Source: the human T2T-CHM13v2.0 reference genome, Homo sapiens. Taken from it: 64,000 nt of DNA. The notes under the pieces were generated by a model. That model was not told where the DNA came from and made no database searches. It worked only from the letters and a program-made list of their open reading frames with translations. The stretch's first letter is position 1; every line of letters starts with the position of its first letter. Both the position numbers and the translations under genes were made by a program. The DNA is taken from assembly GCF_009914755.1 (NCBI RefSeq), contig NC_060929.1, one strand, 5' to 3'. Of this stretch, positions 16,723-32,030 are shown in pieces.

Positions 16723-18022
16723 AACATTTTTAATAGTAAGTGAAAACATACTTACTAATGATTAATTGGGGGAAAGGAAAACAATATGATAATGAGTTAA
16801 AGATATAGCCTTATTGATTAATATATATTGTGGCTGATAAATAGAAATAAAAACAAGAGGAAATAAAAAATATGGATTTATAGAAGACATCAATGATATA
16901 TATACTTTCAGAAAATTTGACACAATAATACTAAAACTGTTTATTAATATTTGTTTTTAGCTGGAGATTATATGTACAAACTCTAAAGTGTGTTTTTACA
17001 TATCCTGATCAGATGCAAGAAAAAGTTCAAATTAAACCCTCTTCATACTATGCATGAGAAAAATTCATTTCTGAATTTTAGAACATAGGTTCAGTTTGAA
17101 AAAAAAACAAGTAAACAAGAAAAAAAGAATAAATCAGTAATAAACATAAACAAGTCTTTCAAATCCTGGGCTATCTGAACTTTAAAAAGTTGAGCCAAAA
17201 AAAAAAAAAAAAAAAAGAAAGAAAAAAACAGCAACAACATGTTTTATTTAGTACTTGTATTCAGAGATTAAGGGCCTGTATTAACCAAATATTTATGTAT
17301 ATATTCATTGAGGCTCTGATAAACAAAATTTATTCAGATGATTCTTCTTAAAAATCTCAGAAAAATACTGCAAATGCCAGAAATATTGGGAGGTTGAGAT
17401 TGGCATGACGGAAGCCCATTTTCATAATTTCAGGTGTCAAAGGCAAAACTTATTACGGTTTAAGTAAAACAAACATGATGATGATGCAGTTTGAAATTTA
17501 GAATATATTGTATGCTCCATTCTTTAATAGTTCCAGATAATTAGGCAGTAAGTAGAGCATAAGTAAAACCTTCTTAGACCTGGATATTGGACTAGAAAAT
17601 CTTCTCTCTGGGAGTGAGACCATTGCATATAAAAATGTATTGGATGTGTATAATAATGTTTTATAAGAAGAACATTTTTAATAATGTTAATTATTTTACT
17701 ACTTATTCTCTAAATAGTAACAATAAATTGTTATAAGTTGAAAGCCAAAAAGCAAATAAAGAAGATTATTGCAAAATGTTTGTTATGCCATCTAAGATTG
17801 ATTTAAAAAAACAAAATATCAAAGAAATGTCAAGTGATCTAGCAAAATTTTAAAAAAGTACTTAATTCAGAAACGTAAAAACTATAGTTTAGTTGGTAAC
17901 ACATATATAAAATATTTTTAACTGTGTAGTTTTTTTTTAATAGGACAAGTCTTATACTGTATGATGTCTTATAAAGTCTTATTTTTGGAAGTCAAAAATA
18001 ACTTTTTTTAAATAGGAAAAGG

Positions 18023-19135
18023 TATTTTATAAATATATATTATATATTATATATCTTATATATTATATATTATATATATTATATATCTTATATATTATAT
18101 ATATTATATATCTTATATATTATATATATTATATATATTTTATATATAATATATAAATTATATAAGATATATAATATATATTATATATAAAATATATATA
18201 ATATATATAATATATAAATATATAATATATATTTATATATTTTATATATTTTATTTATAATATATATTATATATATTATATATATTATATATAATATATA
18301 TTTTATATATTTTATATATATTATATATAATATATATTTTATATATTTTATATATATTATATATAATATATATTTTATATATTTTATATATATAATATAT
18401 ATTTTATATATTTTATATATATAATATATTTTATATATTTTATATATATAATATATTTTATATATTTTATATATATAATATATATTTTATATATTTTATA
18501 TATTTCATATATATTTTATATATTTTATATATTATATATTATATATATAATATATATATTTTTATATTTTATATATAATATATATTTTTATATATTTTAT
18601 ATTTAATATATATTATATATTATATATTACATATATAATATATAATATATATTATATATTACATATATATGTAATATATATAATATATTATATTTTACAT
18701 TATGTAATATATAATATATAATACATTATATAATATATAATATATAATACATTATATAATATATTATATAATACATTATATAATATATTATATAATACAT
18801 TATATAATATATTATATAATACATTATATAATATATTATATAATACATTATATAATATATATATTATACATTATATATTATAGAATATATTATATATTAT
18901 ATATTACATTATAGAATATATTATATATTATATATTACATTATAGAATATATTATATATTATATATTACATTATAGAATATATATTATATATTACATTAT
19001 GTTATATATTATATATTACATTATATAATAGATATTATATATTATATATTACATTATATAATACATAATATATAATATATTATATATAATATATATTATA
19101 TATTATATATTATATAATACATAATATATATAATA
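18023..19135. repeat. About 1.1 kb AT-only low-complexity tract, a compound (TA)n minisatellite
   Basis: Almost only A and T. Sub-arrays of ATATTTTATATATTTTATATATATAAT, TATAATACATTATATAATATAT and TATTACATTATAGAATATATTATATA units. Confidence 0.97.
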
Positions 19136-19409
<274 letters not shown>

Positions 19410-20099
19410 ATACTTCTTTTTAAAACTTAACTAAATTTTATGGTAACTATTGTGAAGTCTATATCAAAAAACATATATGAACCTATTTGGATTCAAACAA
19501 AACAGGAACATGAAAATACCAAGTAAGTTTTGATTCTGGTTAAAAAATAAATGAAATAAATCAAAGTGTCATGAGAGATCCAACCTCTGATACTATATTT
19601 ACAATGAGTGCATAGCTAAGGAACAAGTTCCATTAGGGTTCAAAAAGTAAGTTAATTACTTTTTAAAAAATATTCTTACATGTAGAAATTTAAGTCTAGA
19701 TATGGAAGAAAGGGGAGGTTGTAGAGGAAAGGTAAACATTTAGTTTTGCAGACGCTGCCTAGACTCTACACAAGCCTGTTTTTCGAGAGTCTGAAACACT
19801 TATTTGTGTTCAACTGATCTATTTTATTAAGGTTAAAAGCTAGAAATCTACTGGAAACAAAATAAGAGAAAGAAAAATTAAAAAAAAACAACATTAATAA
19901 GGGTATTTAAAACAATATAGCCGTGTATTTGTGAGACCATTAAAAATACTTGCATTACTTCCAAACTAGAGATTGATTAATCCAAAGAAAGCCTCACAGA
20001 TTTTTGTTCTAGCCATGATAGACTAGCTATATTAAACTTACCTTTCTGCTTTAGACAAATATGAAACTTAAATTGAGTATGTAGTAAAAGGAAAACTCT

Positions 20100-20474
<375 letters not shown>

Positions 20475-21690
20475 TCAAATATTTGTCTCAGCTTCTCCAA
20501 GGAATATTTCTTGGCTTGAAAGCAGGGAGATATGAGCAAATATAAATAATCTTCCCATGCAAAGAAGGAAAAAATCAAATTTCAGACAGCTGAGGTGGCT
20601 TCAGATTGGGATTCAGGTACCAGATGGGGGAAGCCAAGGAGAAAGAAATCCAGAAAACTAAGAAAATTTTCCTTTTATTTTCAGAATTTTTTTCTTTCTC
20701 CCTCTCTCTTTTTTTTTTTTTTTTTTGTCTTTTGAACTACTTGTGCACATAGCGACACTTGAAGAGACTGGTAGAGAGCAGCTGCTGGTTGGAATGCACC
20801 TGAGTAGATTTTAGCAATTGCACAGAGAGTGGAATATAGCAGGGCTTTGATCTTAGCCAGAGCAGAGATTCCTCAAGCACCCCAGACACTCATTTGAGGG
20901 TGCATTAGAGTCATACCATAGAAGTAAAAGCTATTTTCTATTAGGGGTTAAAAAAGCAAATAAACCACAAATCAATCACATAAAAAACCCTTTCATATTT
21001 CCTTAAAAAAATAACTATAACAAAGCATTGGTAGAATTAATGAGAATTGCCAGTAATTTAACTATCTGCCAGGAAAAAATAAGCCAAAAATACTTTACAG
21101 AAAGGCCTCTAAAATACATTTTCAACAATCTTGATTAATAATTTCTAACATATACAGAAAATCAGAATAAAGTGATTGATAATGAAAATACAAAATTATA
21201 AGCATAAAGCAACCCAGAGATGATCCAGACACCACAGTTAGCAAAAAAAAAAAAAAAAAAAAAAAAAAATTAAAGGAAAGATGAACAAAATAAATAAGAT
21301 GGAATATATACTAAAAAAGTACAAAATATATTTAAAAAACAAAAGTTAATAAATTATTGGTTCATATAAAAACAAACTTGGTAAAGAAAATAAAAATAGT
21401 AAATTGAAATAGTAAAAGATATGTTAAAAGAAACTGGTGAGTCGCAAAAATGTGCAAAATACATAAAAAAAGAATGGGAAATACAAAAATAAAAACTGAA
21501 AAATATGAAACAGTAAAAAAGAAAGAAAAGAAGTAAATCTAATCTACTTGTAATTGGGTTTCCAGAGGAGAAGCAAAGAAAATGAGACAGAGCATTATTT
21601 TGAGAAATAATAGTCAAGAGAGTTCTATATTTGATTTTTTAAAATCAACGGATTCAAGAATTCAGCATATTTCAAAACAAATAAAATCGT

Positions 21691-22046
21691 TGTATTAGTT
21701 TGTTATCACAGTGTTACAAAGATCTTCCAAAGACTAGGTAATTTATAAAGGAGAGAGGTTTAATTGACTCACAATTCCACAAGGCTGGGGAGGCCTCAGG
21801 AAACTTACAATAATGGGGAAAGGGGAAGCAGGTATGTCTTAACAGGTGCAGGAGAGAAAGAGAGCCTGTGAGAGCACAGGAAAAGCTACCATTTCTAAAA
21901 CCATCAGTTCTGAGAATTCACTCACTATTAAGAGAACAGCATAAGTGAAACTGCACCCATAATCCAATCACTTCCCTCCCTCTAAACGTGGGGATTACAA
22001 TTCCAGGTAAGATTTGGGTGATGAGACACAGAGCCAAACCATATCA
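21691..22046 (-). mobile_element. THE1 (C/D-like) solo LTR
   Basis: TGTATTAGT...TAATTTATAAAG...GAGGCCTCAGGAAACTTACAAT...ACACAGAGCCAAACCATATCA. The 5-bp flanks are ATCGT and ATCAC. Confidence 0.92.
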
Positions 22047-22432
22047 ATCACAATTACAAACAAAATGAATATTATAATACTAACAAACATCAAAGACAAT
22101 GAGAAAATCTCTAAAAGCAGCTGGAGAAAACAGCAAGAATCATTAACTTTTAACGGAAACTATGAAAGACACTAAAAAAATAGAATTATATCTTCACAAA
22201 TTATTTTGAATTATCTCCAAAAATTAAAGTAAGAATACTTTCTAACAAAGCTGAGAAAATTATTAAACAGCATTCTTCCTTTATAAGAAATATTAAACAT
22301 GTTTGTCAAGTTAAAAAAGAATGATTTAATATAAGAATGGAGAGGCAAAAAGAAATACACCACTCTGGAAAGGACAAAATAATTGAGTAAATATCAAAAT
22401 ACATAAGCTGTTTACATTTTAAACAACAGCAA

Positions 22433-22737
22433 GGCTGGGTGCAATGGCTCACACCTTTAATCCCAGCACTTTGGGATGCCAAGGTGGGTGCATTACTTAA
22501 TGTCAGGAGTTCAAGACCAGCATGGCCAACATGGTGAAACCCCATCTCTATTAAAAATACAAAAATTAATTGGGTGAGGTGGTTCACGCCTGTAATCCCA
22601 GCTACTCGGGAGGCAAGGCAGAAAATTAGTTTGAACCCAGGAGGCAGAGGTTGCAGTGGGCCCAGATCATGCCACTGCTCTCCATCCTGAGTGACAAAGC
22701 TAGATCTAAGACTCCATCTCAAAAAAACAAATAAGCA
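22433..22737 (+). mobile_element. AluS (Sx/Sz-like)
   Basis: Alu body with TSD AAACAA(C/T)AGCAA. Confidence 0.95.
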
Positions 22738-23974
22738 AAACAATAGCAATATCTTGTGGAGTTGATAATATGTTTAGAAGTAAAATGACAAAAATAGCGA
22801 CATTGAGAAATAAAAGGAAATTGTTGTATTTTTTAATATAATAAGAGAATACATTTAAGATACATAAATTAGATACAGATGCATTTGGTAATTTACAAGG
22901 TATTTGCTAAATATAGTGATACTAAAAATTATGACAAGTATTAGTAAAGGAGAAAATTGAATAACCAAAACCTGATTAATGCAGAAAGTGAAATAAAAAA
23001 TGGTAGGAAAGGAGAAATACAACAAAACAACACCTAAAAACAAGAGCATCAACGACAGAGGAAGAAAACAGAACATGGAGAAAACAAGTAATAAAATAGC
23101 AGACCTAAACAAAAATATACAAATAATTGAATTAAATGTAAATAGATTCAGTACTACTTCAAGCAAAACATAGTAGATTATGAGATTGAATTATAAATAA
23201 ATGCAACTACATACTGCTTGAAGAATGCATGTTAAATAAGGCAATGCTCTAGGTTCAAAGCAAACATATACAAACCAAGTGACATGGCTTTATTACAAAA
23301 AAGACAAAGTGGTCCTTCAGAAAAATAAATGTGATAAACTTTAAAGATAACTATTTCGTAATTTTAAAATGGTCATTTCAACAAGAAGATATAATCAAAT
23401 TTTGTATGTACCTAATATACCTTTATTTTAGGTAAAGAAATAAATGATATAAATTTATGGCTTTAAGTGCCTATGTTAGAAAAAAGTGAAGCTTGAATAT
23501 CAATAATGTCAGCTTAAAAGCCAGAAATAAGATGAGAAGTTTAAATTTGAAGAAAAACAGAAAGCAGGAAAAAATTTTAAAATGAGAAAGCATTGAGCTA
23601 GAAAACAGATATACTGTACAGAATATCAGTAAAGTAAAATTTTGCAGCTGTAAAATGATATGACAAAACCTCTCAAAACTGATCTAGAAACGGGAAAACA
23701 AATTATCAATATCCTGAACAAAATAGGAGATATCCATATAGATTTTACAGTTAATGAAAGAACATTGAAGGATATTATAAATAATCTTTTGCCAATAAAT
23801 TTGAAAATTCAGATGAAATTTACAAATTAGTGGAAAGTTAAAATTTACCAAAATAGGTACAAGAAAAAATAATCTAAAAATTACTTTATATGTAACAGAA
23901 ATTGACATTTTTATTAAACACTTTACTCAAAGAAAATTCCAGGATTGTGTAAGTACAACGACAGAACTCTATTT

Positions 23975-24770
23975 CACAAGTCAGAAAAATGCCTTTATTT
24001 CATGTTAGTCTTGAATAAATTTAGTGAGCACAGAATATTTAATTGGCTATTATGTTACGTCAACAAATGGAAGATGTTTAACTCTTCCTCGGCTTCCGTT
24101 GTTGCTGTTGAAAAATCAGCTTTCAGTGACTTGTTCCTGTGAAGTTAATCTGTTTGCTTTTTTTCTCTCTATTAATGTTAAGATTGTTCTCTTGTACTTG
24201 CTTTGACAGCACATACAATAAAATTTGCAATGTACAGGGAAGATTAACTGACCCGCTGCACGAAGATGACACACAAATTTATGAAGATGGTTCTTTTTAT
24301 TTTCCTTAAATTTTAGGTAATTTCCCAATGATGCATATTTTCTATTTTTTTCAAAGTCTTTGTCAATTTTCATAGTTTCCAGGTTTCTGCCAAAATTTTA
24401 CAGTTTGGCTTCTACCTCACTCTAAATAAAAGCATGATTGTTTTGTAGTATGTGTCTGATAAATGTAAAAATTCTCCTGTTGAATTCTTCTATTGTTTAT
24501 CCTGTCTTTTGTTTCTTATTTATGTTGACATGTAGTCTAATGGTCCTCATTATTTTGGTTGGATGCTGGACATTATGGTTTAAATTTATTTTTAGAAAAA
24601 CAACGTTTGATGTATAGGTTTTTTTTTTTTATCTCTCCTAAGAGAATTATTTTATTGTCATTTACTTTGTGTCACTAACAATAGATCATCATTTTAATCT
24701 AAACACATGGCTTGAGATTTTGAAAGGAGATATATTTTACTTCTCATTCACCCTATATTTTAAAGTGTAG
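23975..24770 (-). mobile_element. Old L1M/HAL1 ORF1-like fragment hosting the U6 copy
   Basis: T-rich strand with GGCTTCCGTTGTTGCTGTTGAAAAATCAGC, the antisense L1 ORF1 motif. Confidence 0.55.
24194..24286 (+). pseudogene. RNU6: U6 snRNA retro-pseudogene, 3'-truncated and tailless
   Basis: GTACTTGCTTTGACAGCACATACAATAAAATTTGCAATGTACAGGGAAGATTAACTGACCCGCTGCACGAAGATGACACACAAATTTATGAAG aligns from U6 nt 1 (GTGCTCGCTTCGGCAGCACATATACTAAAATTGG...) to ...AAATTCGTGAAG. TSD AAGATTGTTCTCTT / AAGATGGTTCTTTT. The exact RNU6-xP number is unknown. Confidence 0.9.
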
Positions 24771-25829
24771 ACATATGTGGTTTCAGTTGGCCTCTCATTT
24801 TACCTCTTACATAGCATGAAATGCTACTAGAGCCAAAGTGGTTGCATGCCAGGCTGATGTCTCTGCATTTTTGTCTTTCCTTCAATCGCGGTCTGGTACT
24901 TGCAGTCTTCAAATGCAACATCTCCAAAACTGAGCCCTTCTTTTCTTCATAACTCTTTGTCCTCTTGTGCTTCACTATTTGGGGAGTGGTGCTAGTCTGT
25001 ACCTGTCTTATAGAAGCCTGTGACTAGAAATCTTTGTTTACTGCCCAAATTGTCAACGCTCTTAAAAAAAAAAAAAAGGAAGAAAAGTATGTGAAATCTG
25101 TCTTTGACAGTACAAATTCTCATGTTTGCGTTCTTTAACTTTGCATAATTAGTCTCATTGATTTTCTTATCTTTCAGCTGCTCTAAATGCAAATGCAATT
25201 GTGTTCTATCCCAGCTCAAAATCTTGAATAGGTTTTTATTACATACAAGATGAATATACTATGTTGATCAATAAAAAAATAGTTTAGCTTTATACCATCT
25301 GAGAAGATTCCTGAATCTTACTGCCAGTTTAAATCCAGACTCTATCTTGTATTCTACTTTCTTCTACTATATGCTTATCTTCTCTCTCCTTCAGCTTTCT
25401 AACGTATAAAATGGTAATTATAGTAACTAACATATATTTATGCTCTACTTTCTGCATGTTACTACATGCTACAAAATTAAACACAGATATTACTTCGTGT
25501 CTGACATATTTATTTATTCCCAAAGTAAAATTTTTTTCTGCATGTTTTTTTCACACTGCTATGCCTTAAAAAAGGTCACAATTATTTTTTTAATTTTAAA
25601 AATTATATTTATAGCAAAGTCAACTTGTACATTTATGGATTCTAAGGCAAAGTTGAATAAAAGTTTAAGATAAAAACTCACACAGTATTCTAGCTTGACA
25701 TGGCCTTCTTTCGGGTATTCAGTGATTGCACTGAATGTATGATTTAGCTCTGCTCTGACACTCAGAAGCACAGCTAGACATTCAATTTTCTGTCTCAGCT
25801 CTTACAGCATGATTGTCTCTCTCTCTTTT

Positions 25830-25955
25830 AGAATGCACTAGGCATAATACCAAGCTGTTGAATTTTACATGTTTTTCTATCCTGACCACTTTATACTAGA
25901 ATGTCCTAATAAATGTCTATTGAAAAAAATGTATGAATGAGTGAATGAATGAAGC
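25830..25955 (+). mobile_element. L2 3' end relic
   Basis: AATAAATGTCTATTGAA...TGAATGAGTGAATGAATGA terminal repeat. Confidence 0.55.
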
Positions 25956-26409
25956 TCCAGAAGAGACAAAGCCAAAATGAAAAGCCAAGACATCTTTGCA
26001 TTCACAAGCTAGAATTATGTCTCACATATTTGAAGAGACTTAAAAAAATTCTCATCCAGTCATGCTTCCATTGTCACCTTTTGGAGTTAAAAAACTGAAG
26101 TCTGCCTCATTACATTAATTTATTTAAAAATTACTAACTGAGGTTCTATTACTATATACACAAGGCACTATGTTAAGTGATTTTCAAATTAAATGTTAAG
26201 AAATATTTTCTGCCCTTGAGGGGGGATTGAGAAGCTGCAAATGAGAAGCTATCTTCTAACCTAATAAGACCTGACCTCTTTATATTTTTTTTACATTGTA
26301 AGTACAAACTGCCCATCATCTTCAGGCTCATCTCTTTCTTGCAATTATCAGACACAGCTAGGAGCAATTAGCTGACAGTTTAAATATTTTACATGGGCAT
26401 CCCCATAGT

Positions 26410-27037
26410 TAAACTCAAATGTTCATTACATATAGTTTCCATTTTTCAACTTTTCTGGTTGTAGTTGTGCGAGTTGCTCTGCTACTGCATACCAGAGGTT
26501 ACCATTTTATCATCCTCCAATAACATTCCCTTGCCGTTTTACAGTCTTCACTACTGACAGACTTTGCTGCATTTTCTCAGCTTCTGTCCACTAAAAGTTA
26601 TGAAGTGAATGCCAAATATTTTAGATTTTTGTTATGGCAGCATCCCACACTAGACCAATTTCTGGTGCAGTGGTTGCTGCATAGCAAATCTTCTGAAACT
26701 CAGTGCCCAAAGAAAGAAAAACTGTAACTGTTTTGTTCATACGAATATACAGATGAACTGGAAAGTATTCTGTCTGGCATTATGTGAAGAATCCAGCAGT
26801 CTCAGTTGGGATTCTTCTAGATCAGCCAGCTTGCCAACACAAAATTTAACAGAGTCCAGACAAAATCAACAGGACCACTTACATGACCCACAGCTAATTG
26901 CCAGCTTCTAAGAGAACTGAGCAGAAATTTTCAGAAGCTGTGCATGTGATCTTTTGACTTACATGTAATTGTTAGGAATTGTTTTAAGTTACTGATATTT
27001 AGGAGACTTTGTTTTACATCAATGGCTAACTAATTCA
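26410..27037. mobile_element. Old MLT1 fragments: internal/LTR junction plus an MLT1G/H-like LTR end
   Basis: TTTGTTATGGCAGCATCCCACACT..ACCAATTTCTG junction and TTGTTTTAAGTTACTGA...AATGGCTAACTAATTCA terminus. Confidence 0.5.
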
Positions 27038-27177
27038 TTATTGAAATTGAAATATTTTGAAAGAATTTTTCTTCTTTAATAAAAGTTCCTAAAATTAGAG
27101 GCTAAAGCATAATAAAACAACAGCATCAGCAACAATAACAAAAACAAAATAGGCCTGTAATAAACATTTAAATGGGG

Positions 27178-27547
<370 letters not shown>

Positions 27548-28334
27548 TCATACCTTATAAAATAAATATTTGCCCAGATGCTTAAATGTTAAAAGACATT
27601 TTGATAAAACACAAACCCAAATTAAGATAAAATTTTTTTATAAAGTAGCAATAGATATATAATTTTTAACATAATGATATATTTAACATGCTGAAATATT
27701 TCTACCAAGAGTTTTTCTAGGCATTTTAAATATTTAAGTGAAAGTAAAGACTTTACAAAGAAATAAAATTTAGAAACTATTTTTTTAATCACATATAAAC
27801 CATAACTATATTATTTTTAAAATAAATCTATATATAAAAGAAGAAACAATTTAAAAATAGCACATCTCCAAGCCAAAGAACCAACATAAGAGGTTTGCAT
27901 ATTTTGGATCCTGATTTGTCTTCTACATGTAGTATTTGGCCTACTACACAGTAAGTACTTAATTCTTTTTTAGTTGAATAAATAAATCAATTATAAATAA
28001 TGAAACAAAAAAGCCATGAAATACTGGGTATTTTTTTTTTCTCTTTTCTAGGACATGGCTGAAGATTGATGTTTAATTATACCTAATATTTTCAGGAATA
28101 TGGCAGCAAGAAACAATCATTTTTAAACTCCATTTTTAAGTATCTTTTTTATTTTTGCCAAATTTCAAAATTTGCTTTTTGGGGAAATGTAGGGAGCTAT
28201 GAACCAGGACCTTCCTAACTCACATGATAAGGGGAATTCAAACAATAAAATATCTTCCCAAGAGTATGGCAATATGCATAATCATGCTTGATGCATAAAG
28301 ATTCTTTGTAAGATATTAGGATGATATAAAATAA

Positions 28335-28696
<362 letters not shown>

Positions 28697-30019
28697 TCAA
28701 TAAATATTTTTTATGTATGACAGACATTTAGTAGAACTCTTGAAATTTCTCAAGGCAGAGTGTACTTTTATGGAATGCATTTGTCACTAGTTACTTTCTA
28801 GGTGAAAGAAAAATTAAGCTTAGTTCAATTTAATAACATTTTTTGATGTTTTTGTAATTATAATTTGAAAGCTACAAATTCTATTTCATTATAATTATCT
28901 GTATATTTTAACAATATTTACTTCGTTAGAATTCAATTAAAACTAAAACACGTTTATTAACACATATAGTATATGCTTTTCGATAAAACTTCTAGTGCAA
29001 TGTTTCCTAGAAAGGATTAGAACTGTCTTTAGATTATTATTTACACATATGCTGAGTAGATATAGGGACTGAAACATGATGAGTGTTATGCACCTAATTT
29101 TGAACAAATCAACTTAAATTCCCTCATAATTTATCCTTTTAAGTTATCCTAAAGCATGTTTTATTCATGGAATCACATAGCAAAGTATTAGTTCACAATA
29201 ATTAATAGAATATAAGAATCTGGAAAACTTACAAAATATAGTGTGCTTGCAAATTCTGTTTCTGAATGAAAAATGTTAATAAGGTTATCAGGAAAATAAA
29301 TCATGGAAGCGAAAACACTGCATTTGTTATTTGATAAAAACTCAAGTTATTATCATACTTACAAATACAACCTCAGGACTGTCTCTTAACTGGTTGATGA
29401 CAGTCACTCCCAAACAGAATATCTCTATCCTTATAATGTTTTCACCAACTAGGCAAGTTGGGCTTACACAATGTGGTTCACCTTGAAAATAAACAGTGTA
29501 CAGCTGGCCACAGTTATCTATTACAGCAAAATTATCCCTTTCACTAGCATTTATTAAGAAGCTAGTTACATAAGTCATTTTGTTCTTGGTATCATAAAGC
29601 TACTTAAAGACAACAGAAGATGTCAAAAGTTCCCACCATCCTCTGTACAACCATCAAAGGTAATTAATATTTTAGCTAGACTGAACTAAGCCATAAAGCA
29701 ATAGGTAAAAGCATTTTTGTGTTTTGTTCCTTATGAAATAATATATGTGTATCAGAGAAGACACAGAAAGTGCACAAAAGTACAAAGAATAAATTCACCA
29801 TAATACTCTCACCCAGCAACAGCCATAGTTTATATATCTCCAGGATTTGTTTCTGTTTGTTTTAGTATTTGAGGTAATAGTATATATCACATCATAAATA
29901 TATCCCATGTAATTAATATTATAATGAATTTCAATGTAAGAAAGATTTCTAAAAGTGAATGTTTATTGCAAAATTCATAAAGCTGTATAGCATGGAGGTT
30001 AAATTCACACTAAGGAATC

Positions 30020-30190
30020 AGCTGGAGGGTGTCATTCCTTACTCTGTCTCCACCAGCTAAGTGTGTGAGCTTGGACAAACAGCTCAACTTTTCTTTATCT
30101 TTACTATAAAATGGGAATAAAATAGTTCCTATTTCACAGGCTCGTTACAAGGAGGAAACTCGCTAACTCATGCAAAGTTTTTGAAGTATA
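30020..30190 (+). mobile_element. MIR relic
   Basis: GTGTGAGCTTGGACAAAC...CTATAAAATGGGAATAAAATAGTTCCTATTTCACAGG. Confidence 0.7.
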
Positions 30191-30309
30191 TATTGTTAAA
30201 TCAAAATATTTTGGTTATTCTTTTCAGGCTGTTACTATGTATTTTCAAACAGCTTTCCCTAAACAGTAAGCATTCCATTCAGAAGTGAACTTACCAGTAT
30301 CAATTGGGT

Positions 30310-30348
<39 letters not shown>

Positions 30349-30365
30349 TACAAACACACGCACAG
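30310..30365. repeat. (CA)n microsatellite, interrupted
   Basis: ACACAC... run of about 13 pure units followed by interrupted units. Confidence 0.95.
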
Positions 30366-31404
30366 AGAGCGAGAGTATTGGGTGTATACATAAGTGTGGG
30401 AATAATAAATTAAAATAATAAAATTTAAAAATATCTTAATCATAGCTTTCTTTATGTCATGAAAATAGACGTGAGACAGAAAAAAGCTAGAAAAGACAAT
30501 AAAACACGAGCTCAACAGAACACTACTTATTACCAAGCACTATGGAATCTTCACTCTTTATATATCTCTGGATAAACCATAATTAGATCTACATAATTTT
30601 AAATGAAGGACTCTGCATTCTTCCCCTGACATGTCTACCCATTCAGTGTCATCAGCCCAAATTCACACTATCCAAGTTGCTAGACGATCCAGACATTTCA
30701 GTTTGTAACTATTCTGAAATTGCCTGAACTTTTTATGCTATTAGGCATGAGTCTCGCTCTCCATTATGCTCTGTGGACTTTATTTATAGAGAAAAGCCTG
30801 GCCTCCATTCTTGCTGTCAGAGGCATGTTGGGCTTTAGTGCTTAATAGACAGAACAGTGTGTTGACATGCATATGTTCATGCAGGACTTGGCACAGAAAG
30901 GCTATCTGATCCACCGTCTCTTATCCTTCAACTCATTGTCGGGTTCACTCTTTAATTACCCATCACAGAGGTTTTTCCTTTCTTGGCTGGAGATTCAATT
31001 TCTCATGCCACTCTCAGAAAGATTTCCTACAATGCCAAATTCATCTACATGAGTCCAAATTAAGTTTGAAAATGCCTTAATTAAGGAACGATTGAGGCCC
31101 ATTGAGTACCAATGGCCCTACTTGAGGGTGTATATTATTACTGAAAAAGACTTCACTTAAACATGTTGTTAACTCATACATACCGTGTGGCTTATGGATT
31201 CATAATTTTTCAGTTCGTGAAATGACTCCAATTCAACCTAGCTTTTCTGAGCTGAGATTAATTTCGCTTACTGATAATTTAAATTTTACGAACATTATGA
31301 CCACACCTTTTACATGCAAAAATAGACTTCCTACCATGGATTCTAATTGAATTCTGATAGAGCATATTTGGTAAAGTTTATAGATTTATGAAGCAGAGGG
31401 TAAT

Positions 31405-31691
<287 letters not shown>

Positions 31692-32030
31692 TGAATGGTT
31701 TTCTGTTGGCATGAAGGCTTCTCCAGTAAAAATAAAAATAAAACAACCAACCAACAACAACTACAACAAACAACAACAAAAGGCAGCAAAAACATGCAGC
31801 AATATCTGCTGTTATCCATATACCCAATTCTGGTTTTGATATTTTAAAAAATCTAAATAAGCAGGCCTCATGAGAATGAGAAATATGCCCAAATGTGCTA
31901 GTAGGTCACGAAGTATAATTATGAGTAGTGCCATCCTCTTCCTTCCGGTCTCCTTGCATTCTGGTGATGCAAGTAATTGAACAATATATTGACTTAAGAG
32001 TATAAGAAACTTCCTGCAGGGCAGTACTTG

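Noticed and set aside
22306-22749. 147-aa ORF, the longest in the track, and similar ORFs at 1269, 6565, 9730, 16524, 19137, 27254, 37188, 41051 and 55609
   Set aside because: These are antisense Alu translations ([21 protein letters not shown] motifs), which are common artefacts.
25716-25737. Hairpin ATTCAGTG-ATTG-CACTGAAT
   Set aside because: An 8-bp stem is expected many times by chance in 64 kb of AT-rich DNA, and it matches no RNA family I recognise.
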